Assembly (NCBI GenBank): GCA_030264375.1 | Contig: JASCQW010000109.1 | Coordinates: 69,513,404-69,577,403, forward strand | Reading direction: 5' to 3' | DNA from: Carcharhinus longimanus | Lineage: Eukaryota | DNA: 64,000 bases | In this document: positions 22,550-35,699 of the stretch, in pieces | Position numbering within the stretch: the first letter of the stretch is position 1 | How the letters are laid out: each line of letters opens with the position of its first letter | Program-made: the position numbers and the translations under genes | The notes under the pieces: model-generated | The model's database searches: none | Told to the model about the DNA's origin: nothing | Seen by the model: the letters and a program-made list of their open reading frames with translations, nothing else

Positions 22550-24420
22550 AGGAGGTCTTTGGGCCCTTCACGCCTGCTTCATCGTTCATCAAGGTCATGG
22601 TTGATCGTCCAACTCAGTCGCCTAATTCTGCTTTCTCCCCATAAAATTTGATCCCATTTGCCCCAAGTGCTGTATACGTGTTGGTATCTACTACCTCCCA
22701 TGGTAAGGAATTCCACAGACTCACCACTTCTTTCTTGAAGAAATGTCTCCCCATCTCATCCTAAATGGTCTAACCTGTATCTTGAGATTGTGATGCCTTG
22801 TCCTGGGAACGCCTGCTATCGGGAACATCCTTCCTGCCTCCAGCTTTGTAGTCCTTTTCGAATTTTTAAAGTCTCCATGAGATTCTCTCTCCCCTCAAAC
22901 GTCTGAAGTCCAGCAAAAACATTCCTAACCTAGTCAATCTCTCCTCGTACATCACTCCCGCCATTCCCAGAATCAGCCTGTTGAACCTTCGCTGCACCAA
23001 CGCGAGAGCAAAAACATCTTCCTCAGAAAAGGAGACCAGAATCCAGGTGTGCCTTCACCAAGGCCTGGTACAATTGCAACAACGCATCCTTGCTCCTAAA
23101 TTTCATGCCATGATGGCTATTGCCCAGGGGTGCCTTCACTATGGGAAATTCAATTAATCACTTCTCGTTCCACAGTACCAGGTCTAGTACAGCCTGCTCT
23201 CTGGTTGGTTCCTGAATGTACTGTTCTAAGAAGTAAAACATTCTCTGATCTAATCACATGTGCTACTTTTTTTTCCACTTGCTGTTTTCAGCCTATCTGT
23301 AAATTAAAATCTCCAATGATTGTAACTCTACCTTCCTGAAAAGCTCTGATTATCTCTTTTTTCACTCTGTAACGTAGGTACAATGAGGATGTTTGTATAA
23401 CACTCCCACAAGTGAATTTTAATCTTTAGTATTTTTCATCTCAGCAAAAACAGCTTAAACATTTTGGTTTCCTGAATTTAGGTCATCCATCTCTAATACA
23501 TCCATAACAGTTCTAATTTACAGAGCCACCTTTCACTAACTTCCTCACATTCCTAAATGCCACTTACCTGTCAAAATTCAAATCCCACTATCTACCATTC
23601 TGCTGCCATGTCTCTGTAATTGTTGTAGGGTCATATTTATTTCTTTTTGTACTATCAGTTCATATATTTTGTTTCCAATGTAATTAATGTGGAAACAATA
23701 CATTTAACTTTGTCCTAAATGTTTGTAACCGCTGCCCTTATCTTCTGACTTAAGCCGAGACATTTACTCGCTATCCATTTGGTCTGTTTATTATTTTCCA
23801 TGTTAATACTTGTCCCTATTGCCTTGTTGGTTTACACATCTTCCAAAATTTGAGCTCTCGATCCCACTATTTATTTGAGATCATTTTCCATTCCCGAGTT
23901 ATTCGACTAAATAGAATATCAGTCCCAGCATTGTCCAGGTGTAGACTGTCTCAACATTACAGATCCCAAATTCGCCGGCACAGGTGCCAGCGCCCCAGAA
24001 AGCAGAACTCACTTTGCCCACACCAGACCTTGAGCTATGCATTCATTTTTCTAATCTTAGCTGCCTTATGAAATTTGCATGTAGTTCATGTACTTATCCA
24101 GAATCTGTTACCTTTGAGGTTCTGCTGCTATGTTCCACTTTTTTCATACTGCTTATGCATTATCTCCTTTCTCGTTATCCTTTGTTGTTGGTACCTAGGT
24201 AGACCACGTCAACTGGATCCTTCCTCTCCCATTGTCAGTTTTTCTCCAATTCTGAGTAAATGTCACCAAACTGTCACCAAACCATCTAGCAGGCAAAACA
24301 GCCGGTTGGGCTTTGTGTTGCTTCATAAGTGTCAATCCCGTTCACTGTGTTATTCCTACTATGACTGCATTCCGTTGGTTCCCCTCACATAGATGACTTG
24401 CATTTAATTCTCGTTTGTAA
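22550..24420 (-). mobile_element. CR1 LINE fragments (3' part to ~23100, then older decayed ORF2/ORF1-like sequence)
   Basis: Continues the 3' end that starts at ~21965; reverse-complement CR1 3'UTR and RT motifs. Confidence 0.65.
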
Positions 24421-25214
24421 TTAGTAAGATTAATAAGGCTCCCTCAAATGAAGAGGTCAAGGTAGTAATCTTGAATATGTAATTAAAATTTATAGTGCTC
24501 AGACGTCGGAAGTCAAGGAGCTGGTTCAGTTGGAGATCTGAATCACTTATGAAATAGATTCATTCATTGAACCGACTAAGAACATCTCAAAGAAGAAATG
24601 AAAATAACAAGTTCTAAAATGCAATATGGTGCATTGACAGCAGTCCAGATAACATGGTTGTTGCCATCGGCGAAACATGAAGGAATATTTTGAAGTTATT
24701 CGTCAGGTCGAGCTTGAGACAGAAGACAAGTGCGAGGGAATTCTAGCAGAGCGCTGATGGCTTGGTTTAACAAGCTGGGTGTCGGTACCTTCCTTAAATT
24801 GTCAACACTGAGTCCATCTAGCAGATGAGAGTAGGGTTTTCTAAGCCTTGGAGTGTGGCAGGTGAACAATTGATCTGGATCTGCNNNNNNNNNNCCCCGT
24901 GACGTATACAGAGAGCAGGAAAACATTGATAGGGTAACCATCACAAGTAAAGTCAGCCAGAATGGGACGGAACTGTCAAATTGTGGAGTGAAACATTCCG
25001 CAGACTAGTGGGCAATGTACCCGATGAAGCAAAGCAAATTTAGGATCAACAGCAATCCAGCAGGTGATAGACTCTGGAATGTTACTTCGAAAATGAAGGT
25101 TGCTCTAGAAGTCAATATTTCTTCTCAGCCCAAAAGAGTGCAACTTTCTCCCCAAGTCAACAGTTCACAGGAATAAATTTACGCCTGCATGTGTTTTTTG
25201 AAGAGATGACAACG

Positions 25215-25600
25215 TAAGAGCATAAGACGCAGGAGCAGAAGTAGGCCATTCGGCCCATCTGCTCTACCTTTCAATGAGATCACGACTGATCTGAAATAAT
25301 AACCCTCAACTCGACTTTCCCGCCTTATTCCCATAACCCTTGATTCACTTACTAATAAATAATCTGTCTATCTCAGCCTTGAGTACACGTAACGACCCAA
25401 CATCTACAACCCCCTGCGGTGAAGAATTCCACAGTTTCACTACCTTCTGAGAAAAGAAGTCGCTCCTCTCCTCTGTCTTAAACGGGCGATCCCTACTCTG
25501 AGATTCTGCCCTTTGTCGATAGACTCTCCGACAAGTGTAAGAAACCTCTCAGCAACTATCCTGTCAAGCTTCCTGAGCACCCTACATATTTCAAATAGTA
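25215..25600 (-). mobile_element. CR1 LINE 3' end
   Basis: CATAAGACGCAGGAGCAGAAGTAGGCCATTCGGCCC...CCCATAACCCTTGATTC. Confidence 0.85.
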
Positions 25601-25964
25601 CGTGAATTAACGGCAACCGAAAGTAATAGAACAGAGCAATGAGGGATTCAAAAAAAATCAAATGCGAGCAGGGTATTGTTGTCAAAAAGTGCCAGTGAAA
25701 ACAGACGATAAATGGATTGAGCAACCTGCTGTTAGAGCAAGGAATCTAACTAGTCTGGACAGGAGAGGAAAGCGGAAAGCAATGGATGACCATGCACTGA
25801 TTTGCGAAATAAAATATGTTTGTAAGTTGCATGGGAACGGTATCGAGTGGTCTTCATATTATACAAACACTTGTTTCACGAATTTGTCATGGTTATGCAA
25901 AGGGTCTTGTTCAATCACATTAGAAATTCGAATGTTGTTATTTTATCAGATTTTGGCTTGCTTT

Positions 25965-26520
25965 GATTTGATTTGATTTGATTTATTATTGTCACGCGTA
26001 TTGGGATGGAGTGAAAATATTGTTTTTGCACATCATATAGACAAAACATACAGTTCACAGAGTACATAGGGAAGAACGAAAGTAGTAAGTGCAGAATATA
26101 GTGTTACAGTTAAAGCTAGGGTGCACAGAAATATCAGCTTAATATATGGCAGGTCCATTCAAAAGTCTGGTGGCACCAGGCAAGATGCTGTTCTTGACTT
26201 GGTTGGTGCATGACCACAGACTTTTGTATCTTTTTTTCCCGTTGGAAGAAGGTGGAACAGAGGATGTCCAGGTTTCATGGTTATGCTGGCTTGATTCTGC
26301 TGGCTGCTTTTCCGAAGGAGCAGGAAGCGTAGTCGGGGTGAGTGGATAAGAGGTTGGGTTGCGTAATTGACTGGGCTAGTTCACAACCCTTTGCACTTTT
26401 TTGCTGTCTTGGTCAGAGCTGGAGCTATACGGAGCTGTGACACAACCAAGAAGAATGTTTTCTATGGTGCATCTATAAAAATTGATGCGAGTCATAATGG
26501 GCATGCTGAATTTCTTTAAT
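25965..26520 (-). mobile_element. Rex1/Babar-type LINE 3' fragment
   Basis: (GATTT)n tail and body homologous to 34347-34930. Confidence 0.75.
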
Positions 26521-26557
26521 TTAACTTCTTCCTTTGATTAATTGTATTTAAACTCAG

Positions 26558-26744
26558 TAAGAAGTCTGCAACACCAGGTTAAAGTCCAACAGATTTATTT
26601 GGAGTCACGAGGTTTCAGAGTGTTGCTGTTTCACCTGATGAAGGAGGAGCACTCGGAATGCTCGTGATTCCAACTAAACCTGTTGGACTTTAACCAGGTG
26701 TTGTGAGACGTCTTTTCATGCCGACGCAAGTCCAAATCTACATC
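26558..26744. mobile_element. Palindromic Penelope-derived non-autonomous element with 14-bp flanking direct repeat
   Basis: Arms ACACCAGGTTAAAGTCCAACAG...CACGAG / CTCGTG...CTGTTGGACTTTAACCAGGTGT; GTATTTAAACTCAG at 26544-26557 and 26745-26758. Confidence 0.8.
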
Positions 26745-27689
26745 GTATTTAAACTCAGCAGCCCCGAGTTCTGGAGCTAATGAAACTTATTTTGGATAAG
26801 CATTTGCATGTAGAAGATGATTAATTCCCCAAATGTATATAGAATAGAATAATCTTGATGCAAACAGTTATCAGACTCCATTTCGTTTGGTTTTGTTGAC
26901 TGGCAAATTGTTTCCTCCGATTTGATTGATGAAAGTGACATATCCAGACACACATGAATCAAATAGATGCATGTTATACATAAATGAATGTTAAAGAAAA
27001 TACTTGCGTGTAGATAAATATGCATTGTCAGGGATGACTCTAAGTTCAGATTGATAATTTTATTTTTGACCGTTATGTCGTATGTACTTTGCATATTCTG
27101 CACAGTGTAGAAGTCCTTGTCTCTAGGTTGGGAGCGTTGAGTGAACAGGGATGCAGATTTAATGAACAAATAGTATAACTGAGGAGCACTTGCCACAAAA
27201 TTCTTCACTTCCATATTGTTTTCCTATGAAGTTATTTTTCACTTGTAATATACTCTTGGAATTTGATGATGCTACATCAACTCCGCCTCGATTGTCCATC
27301 CCGACGTACCCTTGCAACGTTATGTTCAACCCTTTGCAGCTTACGTTAATTTCACGTAAGAACAGTTGAGAGAAAATGATATGCTTCACTTAAAGAACAT
27401 TATATTAATGGCTGAACATCATTTAGTATAATTTTATTTAAATATAGCCAAGAAAGTGGCCTATCGGTCCCGATGAACTATTTATTATACAGTTTTGATG
27501 TATCAAACATATTAATCGATCTACCAAAGTAACTTGAATACGTAGATTAATTCAACTGGTTGCAATACTCCCACATTTGAAGAGTAAATTAGTAAAGTTG
27601 TCGAAAGAGCGGGTTTTCCGATACATCAAATGTATTATAATAAAATAGCACCTCAATGAGGAAACACAATAAATCTTCTCAGGAATGTA

Positions 27690-27860
27690 GACCAGCAAAC
27701 ATTAATAACAGAACGCAGTTCTTCCGGTGTTCGGTTTAGACACTACTGCTTTAAGATTATGTGGTGCTATTATTGGCCGAGTGTCTTTGTGTCGCTGTCT
27801 ACCAATGAGGTGAAGTAATGCCACTGGAGATCCAGCCCCACTTCCCCTATACGAAACAGA
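27690..27860 (+). promoter_or_regulatory. cPcdh promoter P3 with canonical CSE (TGTCGCTGTCTACCAAT)
   Basis: CGCAGTTCTTCCGGTG 27714, ATTGG 27772, CGCT 27793, CCAAT 27802. Confidence 0.85.
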
Positions 27861-28118
27861 GGGTAGTGTCGAAGAAAGGAACAGCACTGATCTTCCCAAG
27901 CTCTCCATTTGTAACTCGGCAAAGGCCGAGGAAATACAGGGCTTTTTGCACAAATATTCTCAGCCATCTGGACAAAAGACAATTCGGTGTTCGAAAGAAG
28001 ACACAGTGGCTTATGTCGTTAACCAAGGTAATGAACAATTCCGTGGTGGACGCTATCTCAACGGGGTTACAATTAATCGGAGAATCTGGCAGTTATATTT
28101 GCAGTAGTTTGATTCAGT

Positions 28119-30556
28119 ATGACGTCCTTGCTTTCTAGCGGGGGCTCGAAAAGGCCCGTTCTTTATGTACTAGACATATGCGTTGCATATTCATTTTGTG
28201 AGAACATTTACTACACAATTCCTGAAGAACTGGAACTTGGTGATTTTGTTGGTAACATCGGTTTGGATCTGGAGTTAGACATTAAACAGTTAATGGCGCG
28301 GGGATTTTGAAAACAAAATACAATATTTAGACGTCAATTTAAAAACTGGAATTCTATTTATAAAAGAAAAAGAAAAAATAGACAGAGACGAGCTTTGTGA
28401 ACAAAGCTTCGCATGTGTATTGATGCTGGAGGCTGTGATTGAAAATCCGCTTCAGCTATATCGTATAGAAATTGAGATTCTCGATCGAAATGACAATGCG
28501 CCCGTGTTCCAGAGAAAAGAGTTTCATTTAGAAATCTCGGAACTGATGCCGGCTGGAACGACTTTTCCACTCAGGGCGCCACGGACGCGGATGCTGGGGC
28601 CAACATGGTTCGCTGCTACTAGCTGAGCCCAAACGAGTATTTCACTTTGAAATCACAGGCAGATACCGAACTAACTGGCACTCCAGAACTGGTGCTGGAG
28701 CGGCCCCTAGACCGAGAGCAACAATCCACACATCGATTAACACTGACGGCGTTTGATGGAGGAATTCCACAAAAATCCGGAACCACCCAGATTAACATCA
28801 ATGTGATTGATGCAAACGACAATTCCCCAGTTTGCGAACACGACGTCTATCAAATCACCACTGCGGAAATCGTGCGTAAAAATACATTGATCGTTAAAGT
28901 AACTGCGGTGAATTTGGACGAAGGTGTTAATGGTGGGGTAACTTATTCTTTCAGCGAGAACACTGCGGATTGAGTTCGGGAAGTATTCAGTTTAAATTCG
29001 ATAAACGGAGAAATTAGAGTAAACGGTACGCTGGACTTTGAAGAAACAGAAAATTATCAGGTTTTGATACAAGCTAAGGACAGAGGTACACACCCAGAAC
29101 CTGTATACTGCAAAGTTCTGATAAAGGTCACTGATGTCAATGATAATTATTCTGAAATAATAACAACATCGACATTAAACAGTATCCAGGAAAACGCGTC
29201 TCCGAACACTGCAGTTGCTCTTTTCCGGGTTACGGACCGAGATTCTACAAACAGACAGAAGGTTTATTGTCGAATCGCCAGAGATATACCTTTTAAATTA
29301 AATAGTTCTTCTAGTGGCCACTATACATTGGTCACTCATGATGATACAGACCGTGAAAAAGTCCCAGAGTACAATATTAGCATTACATGTGCAGATAATG
29401 GATCCCCTTCCTTGTCGACTACGAAAACCATCCGAATTCAAGTCTTAGACATAAATGGCAACGCGCCACGTTTTACGCAACATTCACTCACCATGTATGT
29501 CACAGAAAATAATGTAATTGGTTCCTCTATTGGTTCGGTATCACCCTTTGATCCAGATTCCAATGAAAATGCCACATTGTCGTATTCTATTGTCGACAAT
29601 CTGATAAATGGTTTACCAGCATCTTCATTTGTCTCAATAAACACAGCCAGTGGCGTGAGCTTTGCACAGCGCTCATTTGATTTTGAACATATAAAATCTT
29701 TTGAGTTCCATGTCAGTGTAAGAGACGCTGGTTTCCCATTGCCCAGGAGTAATGCACTTGTGAATGTGATTATTGTAGATCAGAATGACAATGCTCCTGT
29801 GATTGTGTTGCCGTTGCCAAATAAAGAATCAGTGGTAGAGGAAACAATACCAAGATCCGTCGAATCGGGTTACTTGGTTGCAAAAGTGACTGATGCCGAT
29901 TCTGGTTTGAACGCCCAGCTTTCCTATCACCTGCATCAGCCGACTGATAACGCCATGTTTATGGCGGCTCCGGAAACAGGAGAAATCTGGACTATTCGCC
30001 GCTTTGCGCGTAAAGATTCACTCAGGCAAACCATCGTAATTTTGGTGAGAGACAATGGAACCCCGTCCCTTTCAGTAAGAGCCATCATCCATGTGTCAGC
30101 GCAGGACGATACTACAGAAGGCGCATCTAATATAGGATTGTTGGGGATCTCTGAGCCTTGGCAATCTGATTTTAAAAACTATTTGATGATTTGTTTTAGT
30201 ATAACATCATCCCTTTTCCTTGTGGCTGTTGTAATCCTTAGTTTTAAGGTTCACAAAGATAGGAATGCAACTAACAGTTACTGTTGCTGCTGGAAAATGG
30301 CGCATTTTCTCCGGAAGGAAACGCTCCAAGGCACTCAAAGGGCGAGTATAAAACTTCAGATACCACTCAATTTATACAGAGGCGCGTGGCAACGAAACTT
30401 TCCCACAAACATTTCGGTATGACATGTGTCAAGATTAAACCATGAATGCATGGTATAAAGGAACCCATGATTGATATCATGATTGACTCATGCGTCAGTT
30501 CCGAGCACGAAAAGTCCTTAAACTCTACCAGTAGGGAAAACACTGAATACCATGAG
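28119..30556 (+). pseudogene. pcdh: Clustered protocadherin variable-exon pseudogene V3 (full length)
   Basis: Pcdh peptides spread over several frames; TGA 28308 with deletion, frameshift ~28580, TAG 28620, TGA 28971, frameshift ~30370; donor GAG|GTAAGC intact at 30556/30557. Confidence 0.92.
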
Positions 30557-31269
30557 GTAAGCACTAAATTCTTGCAATTTGAACCTTACTGAGTATTTCA
30601 GAAGATGTTGTCAAGTCTTAGTTAGGGTACTGAACTAGTAATACAGACCTTGTCTCATTCGGATCGTGCAATGACAGTTTCAGAAGTTGGTTGATTTCAA
30701 ATCAAAAACATTAAAAAAATCAAATGAAACATGTTTCCATGTCATCATCAAGCTGATGGAATATTGTGGTGAATTGAGCTGATCACAAATGTCACTAACA
30801 CCAATGAAGGAAGGACACTTGTTGCTCTTATACATTGCCGTCGCTATGCGCCTCCAGTACTGCAATACATCAGTTCAATCCAAATATTGACACCATCATG
30901 AGCTAGCTAACTATTTAGTCGCTGCAAATGACAGAGTAGCCCATTCAGGCCCTCCAGCCTGTTCCTGAATTGTTATATAACATGGCTGATCTACATTTCA
31001 GGCCCATTTACTCCCCGTTGGCCAGAATTAATTCATCGAAATAGCCATCAACAACATATCACTAATTTTGACAGCTCCAAGAGATTAAACCTATGCATCA
31101 GTTATTGGCCTTGCATATCTCACTGACAAGCTCAAATGGGCTCGATAACTTGTACCATATTTTGCCATAATAAAGATCGTAACTGATTATAATTATGCTA
31201 AAATTGCGCACTTGATACTTTTGTATTAAGAAAAACATGCATTACCAATGAGAAAGTGAAAGAATTGTA

Positions 31270-32075
31270 AAAAAGGAGTTACATTCTAAGTTTAGATAGG
31301 GTCAAATTTAGTGCATATCAGAAACAGGCAAGAAACCCAAAAGAAAAAGCGACTCAAGAATAAGGGAGGGAACCTATGCATGGAGCCAGAGAAAATGGGC
31401 GTGGTATTAAATGAATACTTTGCGTCAGTATTCACAAAAGAGAAATACTTGGTAGATGATGAGTCTGGGAAATGATGTGTAGATAATTTGAGTCATGTTG
31501 AGATCAAAAAGGAGGAGGTATTGGAGTTCTTGAGAAACATTAAGATATACAAGTCCCCAGGGCCTGATGAGATATATCCCAGAATATTGTGATTGGTAAG
31601 GAAGGAAATTGCTGGGTCCTTGAGAGAAATCTTTGTATCCTCACTGGTTACAGGGGAAGTCCCAGAGGGTTGAAGAATGGCCACAGTTGTTCCTTTGTTT
31701 AAGAAGAGTAGCAAGAATAATCCGGGTAATTACAGGTCGTTGAGCCTTACATCAGTGGTAGGGAAATTATTAGAGAGGATTCTTTGAGACAGGATTTATT
31801 CCAACTTGGAAATAATTGAACTTAGTGAGAGGCAACATGGTTTGCGAAGGGGAGGTTGTGTCTCATGAACGTGATTGAGTTTTTTGAGGAAGTGACAAAT
31901 ATGATTGATGAAGATAGGGCAGTGGATATTGTCTACATGGACTTCAGTAAGGCCTTTGACAAGGTCCGGCATGGCAGACTGGTGCAGAAGGTGAAGTCGC
32001 ATGGGATCAGAGGTGAGCTGGCAAGGTGGATACAAAACTGGCTTGGTCAAAGAAGACAGAGGGTAGCAGTGGAAG
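31270..32075 (+). mobile_element. CR1 LINE ORF2 (RT) fragment running into an N gap
   Basis: KSPGPDEIYPRIL, NYRSLSLTSVVGK, DIVYMDFSKAFDKVRHGRL, WIQNWL..RRQRV. Confidence 0.92.
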
Positions 32076-32444
32076 NNNNNNNNNNNNNNNNNNNNNNNNN
32101 NNNNNNNNNNNNNNNNNNNNNNNNNNNNNNNNNNNNNNNNNNNNNNNNNNNNNNNNNNNNNNNNNNNNNNNNNNNATCATGCTATCCACGTAGATGGCAG
32201 CCCCCAGGATATGCCACAGTGACTGTATATCTCCCTGGAACTCTGAACCCCTGAGCTCAAGTTTCTTCTCTGCACATACGATCGTCTCGGACATGCATTG
32301 GAATCGATTGACCTGCGCTGCCAGCTTGCTATGACGATACATCGAGATTAAGGGATTAATAAACATAATTTCAGATGCGTCAATCAATTCATCACTGTTA
32401 CTATAGTGCCAAATGTTGTGCTCATGTTGCAATGATCTAGATAT

Positions 32445-33030
32445 TCACAACATTGGGAGTAGGAGTAGGCCATTCAGCCCATTGAGTAGGTTCTGCCACT
32501 TAACTCGATGATGGCTAATGATTTATCACAAAATCTTTCCCTCACATCATCGCCATGTCCTTTTATGTCATTGGCATTTAGTAATCTGTCAATTCTGCTT
32601 TAAAGGTACTCACTAACAGAGATTTCACAGCCCTCTGGGGTACAAATTTCCTAAGATTCATCACCCTATGAGTAAAAAAGTAAATCTCAACATCTTGGTC
32701 CTACGTGGCTTGTCCCTTATTTTGAAATTGCGTTCTCCATTTCTAGACTCCTCAACCTGTAGAGACATCTTACCTGAATCTTCCCCGTTTATCACTTTAA
32801 GGATGTTGTAGGTTTCAATAAGATTTCCTCTCAATCTTCCAAACCCCGGAGAATAAAGGTCCATTTTCCCCACTCTTACTTTATAGATTAGTTTCGCCAT
32901 GCCAGAAACAAGTCTCATCAACTTTCGTTATACTTCCTTCATAACCATAATATCGCTCTGAACGGGGACCAAAACTGCGCGCAGTCCTCTAGGTGAGATC
33001 TTACCAAAGTTCTACAGAATTAGAAAAAAA
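32445..33030 (-). mobile_element. CR1 LINE 3' fragment
   Basis: GGAGTAGGAGTAGGCCATTCAGCCC end; peptide LYSPGFGRLRGNLIETYNILK. Confidence 0.85.
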
Positions 33031-34346
33031 AACTTATTGGTTATTGATGAAAGTAATGGTCAGTGTTTAATTGCATGAGCAGCTTTACGATTATAATTGA
33101 ACAGTTATGCTGTAATATATAGACTTGCAAGAAGAGAAGCATTCAGAGACGCAAAAAAAAATGGGCACAAAGAGAAGTATGAAAAACGGGGGAACCAAAG
33201 TTTTGGTGCCAGTGCAAAATTTTTAGGAACCCTTAAAGGGAATTTCGAGGTTTTCAAGGAACCATGGACAACGCGTGACAGGTGATGCATCATATTGTTC
33301 GGGGCTGTTCTGAGATCATGGAAGAGCAAAAATCCTATGAGACGAATTTCAACAGAGAGTGCAAGATGTGCGATTTATAGATTTGGAAACGCAATTTTGC
33401 AGATCACGAGAAGATTACGCATGGGGTGTTCCTTTCCGGAAATGGTACATCCACAACGGATTTTTTAAAGGCCTTGTGCGTTATAGTTGATTTCAAAAGG
33501 TAGGTATGAGGAACTGATGAACTAATTTTAATAAGAGCTTGCGTGAGAACCAGGAGATTCAGAGGTCATGGATTTAGTATTGGAGCAATCAAATAGGATC
33601 GTGGAAGCTGGTGAACTGCCTCGTAACAAATTAGGTTCTGAAGCCTTAGATGGGAAAGGAAGAACATAGAGAGAGCTGGTGAAAAGGCCGGCTTAGGTGA
33701 GGGGCGGTGATGGTTCTTGGTGTTGGGGGAGCACTGCATTTATTTTGTTTTTTGCAGAATGTGGGTGTCGTTGACTAGGCGACCATTTGATGTCCACCTT
33801 TAAATAATACTTTCATAGTAGAACTTTGAAGCTATTTTGAGAAATTGCTAACGCTCAGACTTAATTCGGAATGATGTACAGATGGTAGAATTAAATTAAG
33901 CAACACAGCGTATCAAAGTGCAGTTTCAAATAGTCGTGGCCCGTGATATAGACGGCATTTCTTGTTGATCCTTAGCTGTTCAGTAAAAGTGGTGCTGTGT
34001 CTTTTTGAAAATCTGTAGTCCTCATATCGCAATGACGGTTGCAACATGTATGACATTGGCAAAAATACCGTTTTTTGTTGATGGCATTCGCTTTAAGTCT
34101 GCGGAATTTGTTCAAAACTAACAATGCAGCCAGTTCTACTGAGAATCATATGACATTAACGACCTTATGGGTTTAGACTGTGGTTACAATCGAAGTAGGC
34201 GATAACTAACAAGTCTGATTCAACCAAGTCTGTGAACAATCCGACAGAGCAGTGAGAACAGATGGGTTCGTTCATTAGATTAATTTTTTTTGACACGACA
34301 GATTACCAAATAATGGTAAAACGCGTGATATTGCCGGTAGTGTGCT

Positions 34347-34930
34347 TTTGATTTGATTTATTATTGTCAATTGTATTAGTGTGCAGGGAAAATCATTGTT
34401 TCTTGCGCGCTATACAGACAAAGCATACCGTTCAGAAAGAAGAAAACGAGAGAGTGCAGAATGTAGTTTAACAGTCATAGCTAGGGTGTAGAGAAAGATC
34501 AACTTCATGTATGATAGGTCAATTCAAAAGTCTGATGGCAGCAGACAGGAAGCTGTTCTTGAGTCCGTTGGTACGTGACCTCAGACTTTTGTGTCTTGTT
34601 CCCGACGGAAGTAGATGGAAGGGGCTATGCCCGGGGTGCGTGGGGTCATTAATTGTGCTTGCTGCTTTGCTGAGGCAGCGGGAAGTGTAGACAGAGTCAA
34701 TGGATGGGAGGCAGGTTTGCGTGATGGATTGGGCTACATTCACGACTATTTGTAGTTTACTGCGATCTTGGACAGGGCAGGAGCCATATCAAACTATGGT
34801 ACAACCGGAAAGAATGCCTTCTATGGCGCATCTGTAAAAGTTGGCCAGAATCTTAGCTGACATGACAAATTTTCTTGGTCTTCTGAGAAAATAAAGGGAA
34901 TGGTGAGCTTTCTTAACTTTAGTGTCGGCA
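34347..34930 (-). mobile_element. Rex1/Babar-type LINE 3' fragment
   Basis: ORF C-terminus DPTHPGHSPFHLLPSGTRHKSLRSRTNGLKNSFLSAAIRLLN; (GATTT)n tail. Confidence 0.8.
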
Positions 34931-34932
34931 TG

Positions 34933-35143
34933 TTAGAATCACAGAATCCCTGCAGTACAGAAGGAGGCTATTTGGCACATCGAGCCTGCATCGACAACAA
35001 TCTTGCCCATGCAATATCCCCCAGATATTTGCACTGCTAGTCCCCCTGACACTAAGGGACAATTTAGCGTAGCGAATCAGCCGAAGCCACATATCTTTAG
35101 AATGTGGGAGGAAATGCGCAGGAAACCCACGAAGACACGGGAA
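34933..35143 (-). mobile_element. V-SINE / HE1-like SINE 3' half (into N gap)
   Basis: Homologous to 20499-20760 and 53085-53384. Confidence 0.8.
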
Positions 35144-35699
35144 NNNNNNNNNNNNNNNNNNNNNNNNNNNNNNNNNNNNNNNNNNNNNNNNNNNNNNNNN
35201 NNNNNNNNNNNNNNNNNNNNNNNNNNNNNNNNNNNNNNNNNNNCTGAAATCCCCACCCCCACCCGTCCCCGCCTCACAACAACACCCGTTCAACATCCGT
35301 GATTTACCATAGATCTAACATCGAACTGGAATAGCCATTTTTTTCAGGTCATGAATGCAGCTCCAACTCCAGCTTCAAGAGGGTCCACATAATCAAGGAC
35401 AAAGCTTTGCCCTTTGGCATTGCATTCAGCAAATTAAACATTTATTTCCTCCAGCATGGACTTAATGATGTGAAGTACATACTAGATGCAAGATGCACTG
35501 CAGCAACTCAACAAACCTCCATCAATTTACATTCCAAATCCGCGAACTATAACACCTGGAAGGAGAAGAGAAACGGACGCATAGTAACAGCATCGTACTC
35601 ATATTACAATCATTAAAGTTTCAAAATACAGACAGTGGAAGCTTTGTGAACATTCACTCATATGTCTTTGCAGGTTGGAGGCAGTGATTCACGATCACC

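Noticed and set aside
33030-34340. Unexplained interval upstream of relic V4, searched for a Pcdh promoter
   Set aside because: No CTACCAATGA/CSE block, coherent ORF or recognisable repeat found; left unannotated.
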